Made by a program: the position numbers and the translations under genes. A DNA stretch of 64,000 nucleotides, from IMG/VR virus record IMGVR_UViG_3300020178_000002, positions 186,001 through 250,000 of that record. One strand, written 5' to 3'. The notes beneath the pieces are model-generated. The model was given only the letters and a program-made list of their open reading frames with translations, was not told the origin of the DNA and did not search any database. Every line of letters begins with the position of its first letter. The first letter of the stretch is position 1. Of the stretch, positions 19,124-28,251 are shown piece after piece.

Positions 19124-20232
19124 TCGAGTCCTCTTTCACAAAGAGGGCAAATCTCACCCATAGAAGAAAGAAGACCCTCAAGATCTGCTACAATAGTAGC
19201 AAGGTTATCTTCTAGGGTAGAGATACTAGAGGCAAGAGCCTTTCTCTCTTTTGTGATATCTAAAGAGTCATCTGCTTTAATATCAGGAAGCTCTAAAGAT
19301 AAAACAGGTTCAATCTCTGAAATAGCCCCTAGAAGATCTTTTCTTTTAGACTGAACACTTTCTAAGGAAGAAGTGTCTGGGATTGATTCAGGGAGATCTG
19401 GGAAGCTTTCTAAGCCTACTCCTATAGACATTGTAGTCATGAAGTGTTTGTTTCTTTCAATATTTAATGCAGTCAGCTCTTTAAGAGATTCTTGCAAAGA
19501 AAGATCCACATTAGGGAGTTCTACATCACCAAGATCCTCTAGAATTTGAATGCTCCTTAGATACTGATTTCTCGCATCCCTAACTCTTGAAAGAGAGTCG
19601 GCTTGAGAAAGAAAGGTTTCTGCTTCTTCCTCAAGTAGGTTCTTTTCTTCTAAGATAGACTCTAAATCAGAAATACCTTCAAAGTTAGCTTCCTTTTCTT
19701 TTTCAAGAAGAAGATCTTCATTCTTAACTTTGAGTCTGGTCTTAGCTTTTCGAGTATCAGAGTTAGCTAGGTCAGAAGCCTTTTCAAGAGCCTGTATCTT
19801 TTCTACATCTGAAAGAGCAGAAGATAAGACACTTGGGGGCATATCTAAAAGAAAGATTTGCTCAAACTGTTTAGCAACTTGAGGCCAAACCTCTTTCCCA
19901 GAAACATCAACAGAGACTACACCAGATGCTTTTACCTCATCTGGAACAGAAGAACCTACCTTGTCTATGAGTTCTCCATCTACAAGGTAGTTGTTTACAC
20001 CCTTGCCTTTTCTCCATTCGATAGTCTTAGAGTCTCCAAAGTCAACAAGGACAGAAGAAAACTTCTCACCTATGCGAACATGAGAGTGCCCTCTAGTGTT
20101 AGAAAAGACTCCAGTTAAAGCTCTAGCACAGGCTGACTTACCTGTGTTATTAGCACCTGAGATAACAGTAAGTCCTTTTACCTCAAATTCTGCTTCTTTG
20201 ATGGACTGATAGTTTTCTATTTTCACTTTCAT
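19117..20232 (-). CDS. SbcC/Rad50/gp46-like ATPase, N-terminal half ending at the zinc hook
   Basis: IENYQSI...GANNTGKS Walker A, coiled coil, terminal CPLC; no signature or Walker B motif. Confidence 0.8.
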   Translation of the reverse strand: MKVKIENYQSIKEAEFEVKGLTVISGANNTGKSACARALTGVFSNTRGHSHVRIGEKFSSVLVDFGDSKTIEWRKGKGVNNYLVDGELIDKVGSSVPDEVKASGVVSVDVSGKEVWPQVAKQFEQIFLLDMPPSVLSSALSDVEKIQALEKASDLANSDTRKAKTRLKVKNEDLLLEKEKEANFEGISDLESILEEKNLLEEEAETFLSQADSLSRVRDARNQYLRSIQILEDLGDVELPNVDLSLQESLKELTALNIERNKHFMTTMSIGVGLESFPDLPESIPDTSSLESVQSKRKDLLGAISEIEPVLSLELPDIKADDSLDITKERKALASSISTLEDNLATIVADLEGLLSSMGEICPLCERGLDH

Positions 20233-20268
20233 ATGACACCTCTAAACTATCATACCTAGAAGATAGGG

Positions 20269-21480
20269 TTAGCTTCCAAAAATCTCATTGATTTCATCTA
20301 GAGCGTCACAAGCGTCACCTTCAAGAGCATTTGCATCAGAGGCATCTTCCACATCTTTGGTCTTAGAAGTGAGGTATGGCTTTACTTGTGCAAACATAGT
20401 AGACAACCAATCCTCTGGGAGAAGATTTCGGAAGTTATCAAGACCTTGACCTTTATACTCTTGACCACTCTTAGGGTCTGACCATGTATACCATGCACCA
20501 CCTTTTTTAATCAAGCCCACAGTGATTGCAAGCTCAAGGACAGTACGCTCATTGTCTACACCAATACCATTTACAAGGTAGAAGTCTGCTTCATGCTTAT
20601 AGGCATCTGAAACCTTACACTTATCCAGAACAGCACGAACAAGATTACCTTTTACAGTATCAATCATCTTATTTTGAAGACCATCCCACTCTTTACCTCT
20701 ATCCTTACCTACAACTTTAAGCATCATCTTTAGTGTAGAGTAGTAAGTCCAAGCTTGACCACCTTGTGGCTTGCGAGTAGGTCCGCCACCAAAGCCACCC
20801 ATACCACCAATCGCTTCACGCAACTGAGATATACCAATGACAGCAGTGCCTGTTTTAGAAATCACACGCTTGAATAAAGGTAAGAACTGAGACCATTGAC
20901 GAGCAAGCAAACCAACGGCTGCTTGGTCTCCAGCTTCTTTTTGAGCCATCTTCTCGGGCACACCTGCACCCACAGAGTCAACAACAATAAGATCAACCCC
21001 AGCTTGTGCAAACTTAACCATGAGCTTAAATCCTTGCTCAAGGGTTTCAGGCTGAAGAAGCATGAACTTGCTTTTGTCTGTGACAGGAACACCGAGTTTA
21101 GAAGCATAACGAGGTTCTACTTCATTTTCCCAGTCGATATACACACATGTACCACCTTCAGAACAAGCAGTTGCTGCTGTCTGTAAAGCGATAGTGGTTT
21201 TACCTGCACCAGCCAAACCATAAATGTTTGTAATGCGACCTCTTGGAATACCTGGACAAGGGCGAACACCTTGTGAGTTTTCTTTACCACCAATGAGGTA
21301 GTCAAGGGCAACAGAACCTGTGCTGATATGTGCCATAGAGCTTGACAGTGAGTCAATGTCGAGTTCAACAAGAGAGCTTTCGCTTTGTCCTTTTTCTGCT
21401 TCTTTTAGCACAGCAGAGAGGTCAATCCCTTTTTTTGTTTTAGCACTTGTACTTTTTTTGCTTGTGGCTTTCTTTGCCAT
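20269..21480 (-). CDS. recA: RecA recombinase
   Basis: GIPRGRIT.IYGLAGAGKTT, VVDSVGA, SQLREAIG, GG.A..YYST, NGIG, GAWY. Confidence 0.95.
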   Translation of the reverse strand: MAKKATSKKSTSAKTKKGIDLSAVLKEAEKGQSESSLVELDIDSLSSSMAHISTGSVALDYLIGGKENSQGVRPCPGIPRGRITNIYGLAGAGKTTIALQTAATACSEGGTCVYIDWENEVEPRYASKLGVPVTDKSKFMLLQPETLEQGFKLMVKFAQAGVDLIVVDSVGAGVPEKMAQKEAGDQAAVGLLARQWSQFLPLFKRVISKTGTAVIGISQLREAIGGMGGFGGGPTRKPQGGQAWTYYSTLKMMLKVVGKDRGKEWDGLQNKMIDTVKGNLVRAVLDKCKVSDAYKHEADFYLVNGIGVDNERTVLELAITVGLIKKGGAWYTWSDPKSGQEYKGQGLDNFRNLLPEDWLSTMFAQVKPYLTSKTKDVEDASDANALEGDACDALDEINEIFGS

Positions 21481-21604
21481 GTTTTAATCTCCTTATTAAA
21501 TACAGTAATACTCACCTTATAAAATTAAGGTAAGACCTCAATAGTTTTTGTGTTCTTTTTAGGTGGGTGTTGCTTAACCTATAGAAATGTAAAGGACTTT
21601 CAAG

Positions 21605-21823
21605 ATGAAAAACGAAGACACCGATGAAATCATAGATTCCATACTCAACATACCTGATGTGGAAGGATTGCGTGAATGGAAGACTACACCGACACCTAGC
21701 AAGGTTGTTAAAGAAGTGAACATCATAGATTTGAAAGGCAAGAGATTTAAGTTTCCAGGTCATTTTTTAATGACAGAGGAAAATGGGTCTATTACCTTTC
21801 AAGCAAAGAAATTAAAAGAATAG
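21605..21823 (+). CDS. hypothetical protein (72 aa)
   Basis: AAGGA RBS; fills the gap between two minus-strand genes. Confidence 0.55.
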   Translation: MKNEDTDEIIDSILNIPDVEGLREWKTTPTPSKVVKEVNIIDLKGKRFKFPGHFLMTEENGSITFQAKKLKE

Positions 21824-21826
21824 TCT

Positions 21827-22306
21827 CTAGCGATTGTCCCCAGAACCACCAATAACACCCCTAGCTTTCCTATCTAACAGCTTGTCCATATTCTCCTCTG
21901 CAATCTGAGAGAGATTCAGACCAAGTTCATCAGCAAGACGAGCAGCATACCAAAGTACATCTCCGATTTCAGAGGACATAGCTTGTACCCATTCTTCTCT
22001 GGTCATTTTGCTATCTCCATCTCGAATCCATTTCTTCATCTTACCTGCAACCTCACCTGCTTCAGAAGCAATGCCTAGTGAAAGGTAGACCATAGCAAAT
22101 TCTTGTGGGTACTTTGCAGTCTGAGCTGTGGCTTTCTGATAGCCACTAAAAGTCTCGTTAGAGAAGGGAACAAGATTGTTCTCTTTGATATATGCTTCCA
22201 CACTCTCTACACTGCCAGCAGATTCAATAATATCTTTGAGAGTTAGAATTGTTTCAGATTTGTTTACAAATTTCATTTTTAGATCCTTGTATCTCTTAAA
22301 ACTCAA
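21827..22306 (-). CDS. MazG-like nucleoside triphosphate pyrophosphohydrolase
   Basis: LGIASEAGEV..K.KK, EIGDVLWY, EN..KL..R..RGVI.GSGDNR. Confidence 0.9.
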   Translation of the reverse strand: MSFKRYKDLKMKFVNKSETILTLKDIIESAGSVESVEAYIKENNLVPFSNETFSGYQKATAQTAKYPQEFAMVYLSLGIASEAGEVAGKMKKWIRDGDSKMTREEWVQAMSSEIGDVLWYAARLADELGLNLSQIAEENMDKLLDRKARGVIGGSGDNR

Positions 22307-22313
22307 ACAAGTC

Positions 22314-22781
22314 TTACAGGATTGGAGTTTGCTCAGAGTCAGAGGCTTCTTCTTCCTCTTCTTCAGGGTTCAAGTTAACATCAACTCTCCAATTACCATT
22401 ACGCTCAATCTCTTGAGAGAAGTAGAAGACATCTGGGGTTTGGATAAAGTATTTCATTTCTCCAGTCTTTTCATCTTCGACACCACCAATAAAGCAAAGA
22501 AGATGATCAAGCAAAGCTCTGCGGTGCTCATCATTCAACAATGCCCAACAGTCATTAGCGAGGGTGATTACAAACTTGTATTCACGTTCTCCAAGAACTG
22601 AAAGAATTGCAGGTGCTTTTGCAGTAGTACCCATGATTGGAGTCTCTCCCTTACGACTTGCTTTATCTTTGAAGATAATAGCAATGTCATCCATCACATC
22701 AACAAGGTGAGGATGGCAGTTTCCAACCAGATCGTGAAGAAGTTCATTTGTTAGGCTTGATGCTTTCCATTTTTCGGACAT
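22314..22781 (-). CDS. putative phage metallopeptidase-like protein (HExxH degenerate)
   Basis: FVITLA..CW..L....R.ALLDHLLCFI pattern; the expected HExxH reads HLLCF. Confidence 0.55.
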   Translation of the reverse strand: MSEKWKASSLTNELLHDLVGNCHPHLVDVMDDIAIIFKDKASRKGETPIMGTTAKAPAILSVLGEREYKFVITLANDCWALLNDEHRRALLDHLLCFIGGVEDEKTGEMKYFIQTPDVFYFSQEIERNGNWRVDVNLNPEEEEEEASDSEQTPIL

Positions 22782-22828
22782 AAATATTTCCTTTTTTAAG
22801 AGTTAAAGATGTTTCTTGTTATATGATT

Positions 22829-23074
22829 TCAATCTTCATCCTTGAAAAACTTGGACAAAGACTCTCTGACCTTTATATCTACCATTGTGAGTATACTTTC
22901 AATGTATAAAAATATGAGCATCATAAAACTAGGGTCTACACAAAGATATATTCTAGTAAACAGTTTCATCTGTTCAACACTTGCTTCATTGTCTTCACTG
23001 AAAATAAAAGTAGTGTCTCCATCTTTGTGTACTACTATTATAATATCTTCTTTGCTGATGTTTTCATCTTCCAT
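22829..23074 (-). CDS. hypothetical protein (81 aa)
   Basis: ORF in operon. Confidence 0.55.
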   Translation of the reverse strand: MEDENISKEDIIIVVHKDGDTTFIFSEDNEASVEQMKLFTRIYLCVDPSFMMLIFLYIESILTMVDIKVRESLSKFFKDED

Positions 23075-23404
23075 TCAAATACCACTTTCTAAGTAACTCT
23101 CTCGAATAAGATGGAGTACCTTATTTCCCACTTCATGGTATTTTGTTTTACCATTGTAAACCACACCCCACATCTTATCTTTACAAATAATGTTGTGATA
23201 CCATGATCTCTCATTTTGTAGAGTAACAATAACCCTCATTTGATTGCACTCTCTATGAACGAATTCAAATAGCTTATCTGGGGGGTTTAAGTAAACAAGC
23301 TCATACCCTGCTTCCTCTAAAAGAACAATAAGATAAGTAGGGTAAGAAAAATCCCCTATATATTCCAGACACACACGCTTTCCATTTTTGATTTCAGATA
23401 ACAC
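23075..23404 (-). CDS. hypothetical protein (109 aa)
   Basis: AGGAGG RBS. Confidence 0.6.
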   Translation of the reverse strand: MLSEIKNGKRVCLEYIGDFSYPTYLIVLLEEAGYELVYLNPPDKLFEFVHRECNQMRVIVTLQNERSWYHNIICKDKMWGVVYNGKTKYHEVGNKVLHLIRESYLESGI

Positions 23405-23456
23405 AACATCTTGCCTCCTGTTTCTTTGACTACAGGAGGAGAGTATCTAACCTATA

Positions 23457-23723
23457 TTAATCTGAATCTGTGACTAGGAAGCCCATCTTTCTTAGTCTTA
23501 GAGATAAGTCTGCTAGCTTTAAAGGGTCATTTGAAGTAACTATCAATCTGTTTTCATTAACAATTTGAACAGACCAGCCTTCATAGATTAAAGACCTAAC
23601 AAATTTCTCTGGGAATGGGGAGTCTTTTGCATGCACAGTAATATCATATTGATGTTGCATCACACTCTCTATCCACTTTTTGACAATATTCTTGGGCAGA
23701 ACAGCTTTTTCTTCTTTATTCAT
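23457..23723 (-). CDS. hypothetical protein (88 aa)
   Basis: ATGA coupling to the upstream gene. Confidence 0.6.
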   Translation of the reverse strand: MNKEEKAVLPKNIVKKWIESVMQHQYDITVHAKDSPFPEKFVRSLIYEGWSVQIVNENRLIVTSNDPLKLADLSLRLRKMGFLVTDSD

Positions 23724-24289
23724 ATGATAACCTTCTTTTGAACAAAAGAATCAGGGTCTGTTCTGAGTAATGTAAGATTGTCCCCAACTATCTTCATAGA
23801 CAGATAAACATCTTCTAAGTTTGGGGCTTGAGATAAGCTTTGCATACATTTTAGAAACCTGTACCTGACTTTCCCTTGAGTGTCTCCAAGCATTCGAGCA
23901 ACATGGCTCTGACTAGAGTACAGGTATAAATAAACAAGAACATCTATGTCTTTTTGGTCAGTGAAGAATCCCCTAAGACGCTTCCTAAGCTCTTCTTCTG
24001 TGTATAGGGAAATTTGAAGATAGATTTTGAGTCTTTCTATACCTCTATTGATACGATAATGAACATTAGGCTGGGTATATCCAAAGATTTTACCTAAGAG
24101 AGCTTGGCTAACACCTTTCAACAAATGAAGCTCTACCATATCTGCTTCTACTGGAGATATTAAACTCATGTGACCTAGTATCTCTTGAACTTGGTAATCC
24201 GTTTCTGGTGCTACATATGTGCTATATGAGGGAAGGCTATTAAGACCTTGATCCGAAGAGAAGATTTCTTCCATTAGTTTAGCATCCAT
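23720..24289 (-). CDS. tandem HTH protein, sigma-70 region-4-like
   Basis: Two HTH-like units: GVSQALLGKIFGYTQPNVHYRINR and SSQSHVARMLGDTQGKVRYRF. Confidence 0.65.
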   Translation of the reverse strand: MDAKLMEEIFSSDQGLNSLPSYSTYVAPETDYQVQEILGHMSLISPVEADMVELHLLKGVSQALLGKIFGYTQPNVHYRINRGIERLKIYLQISLYTEEELRKRLRGFFTDQKDIDVLVYLYLYSSQSHVARMLGDTQGKVRYRFLKCMQSLSQAPNLEDVYLSMKIVGDNLTLLRTDPDSFVQKKVII

Positions 24290-24815
24290 AATCTACAGCC
24301 TCCACAGATAAGCAATTTGCACTTGTTATGATTTCCACACTTCTCATCTTTATGAGTAGCGTATACATTCTTAGGTTTTCTTTTTTAAAGAGAGAGACAA
24401 CTTCAGCTTCAAAGCCCATAAACTCTCCCTCTACAATCTTAACCCTATCCCCAACATCAAACTTAGCACCTAACTCATCTGCTTTTTTTAACATATGGTT
24501 AAGGTCTTTACTCTCAATAACACCTACACTAATAAGACCTGTTCTACTATCTACCTGACTTACTATATTCGAGACTAGATAAGTTCTTTTCAAGTCATAG
24601 TAGTCAGAAGTACTATATCCAGACTTAATGAAGATATATCCTTCCATCATCCAAATGGAACGACTCCCATGTTTAACTATAGGGATAAATATATCTGATT
24701 CTTTAAAAGGAGAGTTCTCAAGCAACAGATCTTTTAAAAGACCATTTGTTGCTGCTTCCTCTCCTTTTGAGGTTATCTCTAGAATAACCCAAGAGGAAAC
24801 TTCCTTCTTTGGCAT
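24279..24815 (-). CDS. NusG/RfaH-family transcription elongation factor
   Basis: N-terminal NGN-like domain (W.IL.....E, EGYIFI) and KOW motif FDVGDRVKIVEGEFMGFEAEV. Confidence 0.8.
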   Translation of the reverse strand: MPKKEVSSWVILEITSKGEEAATNGLLKDLLLENSPFKESDIFIPIVKHGSRSIWMMEGYIFIKSGYSTSDYYDLKRTYLVSNIVSQVDSRTGLISVGVIESKDLNHMLKKADELGAKFDVGDRVKIVEGEFMGFEAEVVSLFKKENLRMYTLLIKMRSVEIITSANCLSVEAVDYGC

Positions 24816-24849
24816 AGACGATACTCGCTAGTTTGTAAGTTTTATTTTT

Positions 24850-26046
24850 TTATTTCTCTAACTTACTTTTTACCAACGAAGCGAACATTGACAAGGACAT
24901 TGATTGATTTTCTTTAACATTTCCCTCTTTTGGTGTCTCTACGGGCAAATCTTTTTTCACAAATACGCTCTCTTGCCTTTGTGGTATTTGACCCCCATAC
25001 ATACTCCATTTCAAGAAATCCACTTTAAACATTGCACCCGTTGGTCTTAAAGGGGCAGTCGCTAATGCGTCAGCTAACACTAATAAATTAGTCTGATGCA
25101 TATCCCATGCTTTCTCTAAAATGTCTTTTTTCCAAAAAGGTGGTGGGTTGCCAGCATTTAAGCCAATAGTAATTGCCCATGATGTTGCAGTAAGCAATCT
25201 GTCATACAAAACACCCACAGGAGAACTGCCCAAGAGATCATCAATAATGCCTAAAGCATTAGGAGTGTCTTCAATAAGAAGCTGGGAGATTTGGTCATTC
25301 CTATCAACATGAAGATATGCCCTTACTCCATCAAGACCTACATTACCATCATTTGAACTAGCTACACCCTCAATTGCTTTTAGGGCATCTCTAATATGCC
25401 CCTCTGTGAAGTCTGCAATTAATAAAAGAGCCTCTCTTTCATATGTAAAGCTTTCTTCCTCACAAACCTTAGCAAGTCGGTCTGCAATCTCATCGGACTT
25501 AACATGTTTGATTATAAAAGCAGGGGCACACCTTGAGAGAACAGTCTGTCTCATTTTCTCTGGTTCAGTAGTAGCAAAGATACAAACAAGCTTTTTGTTA
25601 AAGCTACCTTTGTCATTCTCTTCCATCGGTTTCAAAAGAGCATCTAGGGCATCTTTTGAAAGCTGATGAGCTTCGTCAAAAAGATATAGCTTCTTAGATC
25701 CTGAAAATGATGTATATGCGAGATCTTCCAATAGCTTTTTCACATCTGCTTTACCACTATTTGTGGCAGCATCTACTTCAATAAAGCTATCATGTGAGCC
25801 ATCTAACATAGATTTACATGAAACACATTCATCACAAGGTTCACCATCCACAGTAGAAGAACATAACAATGCTCTTGCCATAATCCTACCTAAGGTTGTT
25901 TTACCAGAACCATAAGGTCCTGCAAAAAGGTAAGACTGTCTCCACCCTGCATCTGACTTAATAAACCCTTTAAGGGTCTTAATTGTTTCTTTCTGACCTA
26001 GAACATCACTGTACTTGTAAGGTCTGTACTTTGTATCTAAAGACAT
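24850..26046 (-). CDS. dnaX: DNA polymerase III gamma/tau clamp-loader subunit
   Basis: KYRP...DVLGQ, GPYGSGKTT, Zn module CDECVSC, EVDAA, DEAH.LS, LLK..EE, ATTEP, SRC. Confidence 0.92.
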   Translation of the reverse strand: MSLDTKYRPYKYSDVLGQKETIKTLKGFIKSDAGWRQSYLFAGPYGSGKTTLGRIMARALLCSSTVDGEPCDECVSCKSMLDGSHDSFIEVDAATNSGKADVKKLLEDLAYTSFSGSKKLYLFDEAHQLSKDALDALLKPMEENDKGSFNKKLVCIFATTEPEKMRQTVLSRCAPAFIIKHVKSDEIADRLAKVCEEESFTYEREALLLIADFTEGHIRDALKAIEGVASSNDGNVGLDGVRAYLHVDRNDQISQLLIEDTPNALGIIDDLLGSSPVGVLYDRLLTATSWAITIGLNAGNPPPFWKKDILEKAWDMHQTNLLVLADALATAPLRPTGAMFKVDFLKWSMYGGQIPQRQESVFVKKDLPVETPKEGNVKENQSMSLSMFASLVKSKLEK

Positions 26047-26109
26047 TCAATTCTCCAATCCTATATTTATATACTTACCTTTATAGGATTAGAGCGACAG
26101 ATCGAATAT

Positions 26110-26463
26110 CTATTTCTTCTTCTTTTTCCTGTCTGGGTTTCTTTTTTCATAGTCAGCCCTTGCTTTCCTCAATCTACACCTATCAGAACAATACTTCTTC
26201 CTTGAAGATGCAATTTTCTCGGAACAGCCATAGTGGTTGCAAATGTCCTTAGCTTCTGGTTTAACAGGTTCTGAAATGTCAACTAGCTTTCCTATTCTTC
26301 CAGGACATGATCCAAGCCAGCAATGGGTTTTATCCATTTTAAAACCATAAGAGGATAGTTGGTTTCTACAAGCCCACCTCTCAAAGCCTTGCTTGTCCTG
26401 AAACCACAATACATTGCATTTAGGTTTCCTGATTACTGTAGGGACTTCTTCTTCATCAATCAT
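26110..26463 (-). CDS. Cys-rich zinc-binding hypothetical protein
   Basis: CNHYGC...KKYCSDRC motif. Confidence 0.6.
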   Translation of the reverse strand: MIDEEEVPTVIRKPKCNVLWFQDKQGFERWACRNQLSSYGFKMDKTHCWLGSCPGRIGKLVDISEPVKPEAKDICNHYGCSEKIASSRKKYCSDRCRLRKARADYEKRNPDRKKKKK

Positions 26464-26547
26464 TTTTTCAAGCCTTAAACTTTTTTCTGCTTTTCATTAG
26501 CCACTAGGTAATATTACCACATTGGTGGTTATTCAAAGGATTAAACT

Positions 26548-27300
26548 ATGTCAACAGATTTTCAAAACAACAGAGTCAACATTTATAATGATAACATCGG
26601 GGGTGTCTCTCTTATCCAAAGTATGGGAGATGATCTTACCATCGTAAACGCTGCAAGGGCTTCTTTAGATAAAGTAAGTACAGAATGGTCAGACAGAGAA
26701 GAAAGATTATCCAGCTTCCTCATCAGAGAAGGCCATACCTCTACCACAGAACACAATGTTTTAACATTCTGGATTAAAGTTCCTATGTTTGTTGCTCGTC
26801 AACAAATGAGACACAGAACATTCTCTTACAATGAAATATCTCGCAGATACACTTCAGATAAGATCGAGTTTTATTACCCACAAGAAATGAGAATGCAGGA
26901 CACTAAGAACAGACAAGCGAGTCTCGATGAGACTTTCAACCCTGTGATTGAGTTCGATCCTTACGACCACCCACAGTTCTTAAAGCTGGACAGTGTATCT
27001 GCTATCAAGAACCATGTAAAAGAGTCTGTGAAGCTCTATGACAAGATGATTGATAAAGGGATTGCTAGAGAGCAGGCTAGAATGATCTTGCCACAAAACC
27101 TATATACAACCTATTGGGCTACAGGTTCATTGCACAACTGGGTGAATAGCTTTGTTGCTAAAAGAGACCACCCAGATGCTCAATGGGAGATTAAACTACT
27201 AGCTAGAGAAATCAGTAGACAGATTCAAGCTCTCTGGCCTAAGGCACATGAGAACTTTGTTAAGCATGGAAAGATTCCAGACCTTAACTCCCCTATTTAG
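26548..27300 (+). CDS. thyX: FAD-dependent thymidylate synthase
   Basis: IVNAARAS, GHTS..EH, RQ.MRHRTFSYNEISRRY, EQAR..LP, HAQ-type DAQWEI. Confidence 0.93.
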   Translation: MSTDFQNNRVNIYNDNIGGVSLIQSMGDDLTIVNAARASLDKVSTEWSDREERLSSFLIREGHTSTTEHNVLTFWIKVPMFVARQQMRHRTFSYNEISRRYTSDKIEFYYPQEMRMQDTKNRQASLDETFNPVIEFDPYDHPQFLKLDSVSAIKNHVKESVKLYDKMIDKGIAREQARMILPQNLYTTYWATGSLHNWVNSFVAKRDHPDAQWEIKLLAREISRQIQALWPKAHENFVKHGKIPDLNSPI

Positions 27301-27961
27301 AGTAAATAAACTCACCATCCTCCATTGCATTAGGAAGAGTGTCTACAAGAATTTCAATCACTTTTTGTTTAAATCCTGTACTCATTCTTGATGGAAGGTC
27401 TGGGTCTTTTCTTTTTCTCAGGTTAAATGTCCAAACCCTAAGAAGCTCTTCAGCGTACCACTTTTTCTGGTCTAAAGAAGTAATAGGTTTTCTTCTTAAT
27501 ATTCTATCAAGGCTTTCAAGACCTCCCTTGTCAAGAATCAATTGAGCAACTTCTTGAGGGGTCTTCTTAACTACAGGTACTTTAGGAGCTTTTCGTATCC
27601 TACCCTTAGTTATCTTAACTTTGCCTGATTTCTTGAAATACGTTAAAGTTGCCTTGAAAGTTGGCTTGAAGACGGTTTTGCTGAAAACAAAAACAACCTT
27701 TACCTGAGTTGGCTTGTTAAGTGCTTCTAAGATATCATAATGACTGACATTCAACATATTTGCGTATGTGTGGAGAAGCGTTCCCTCTATATCTTCAACA
27801 ACATCTAAATAAACTGTGTCTACGACACCTGGCTGATCAACAATCCATTGTGCAATGTCCTCGAGAGTAGCTTTCTCCATAGGAAGCTGAAACCCTGATT
27901 TCTTCTCAAGGCTAGATGTTCTGGTTTCTAATTCTGCTATTTTTTCTTGTATTGTTTTCAT
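27293..27961 (-). CDS. hypothetical protein with KIAELETRTSSLEKKS leader
   Basis: AAGGAG RBS; promoter-like motif upstream. Confidence 0.7.
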   Translation of the reverse strand: MKTIQEKIAELETRTSSLEKKSGFQLPMEKATLEDIAQWIVDQPGVVDTVYLDVVEDIEGTLLHTYANMLNVSHYDILEALNKPTQVKVVFVFSKTVFKPTFKATLTYFKKSGKVKITKGRIRKAPKVPVVKKTPQEVAQLILDKGGLESLDRILRRKPITSLDQKKWYAEELLRVWTFNLRKRKDPDLPSRMSTGFKQKVIEILVDTLPNAMEDGEFIYSK

Positions 27962-27985
27962 ATCTATATCTCCTTAGTTTTATAA

Positions 27986-28153
27986 CTATAGAAAACTTAT
28001 TATCATGGTCGCTATCCCAAAGAGGGTATAGAAAGCCACTTCTGAGTTTGTTTCTTCTTCTGTCAGGTTTTCAGAACCATAGTTAGTGAGCCTATAGGCA
28101 TAGTAGTAGCAGGCAAAACTAACAAGTGCTGAGAATAAGCTGGCATTGTCCAT
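27986..28153 (-). CDS. small two-TM protein (55 aa, not in ORF track)
   Basis: ATG 28153 to TAG 27986 reads MDNASLFSALVSFACYYYAY...AFYTLFGIATMIISFL. Confidence 0.5.
   Translation of the reverse strand: MDNASLFSALVSFACYYYAYRLTNYGSENLTEEETNSEVAFYTLFGIATMIISFL
27987..28002 (-). promoter_or_regulatory. putative late promoter motif (TAATAAGTTTTCTATA)
   Basis: Match upstream of the 27293..27961 gene. Confidence 0.5.
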
Positions 28154-28183
28154 GTATTATCCATTTCTAAGTGTCTAAAAACG

Positions 28184-28224
28184 AAAAAAGCCACATACTC
28201 GTAATGTGAATATGTGGCTTTTTT
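28184..28224. terminator. intrinsic terminator, potentially bidirectional
   Basis: AAAAAAGCCACATA...TATGTGGCTTTTTT inverted repeat downstream of the 28252 gene. Confidence 0.8.
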
Positions 28225-28251
28225 AAAAGAACCAAAGAACCAATTTAGATT

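Noticed and set aside
26066-26079. AAGGTAAGTA resembling a spliceosomal 5' splice site
   Set aside because: It is intergenic, and the genome is bacteriophage-like (SD sites, operons, RecA, NusG, DnaX); the resemblance is coincidental.
26507-26518. 12-bp palindromes GGTAATATTACC (26507) and CTTAATATTAAG (6907)
   Set aside because: Palindromes of this length are expected many times by chance in 64 kb of AT-rich DNA.
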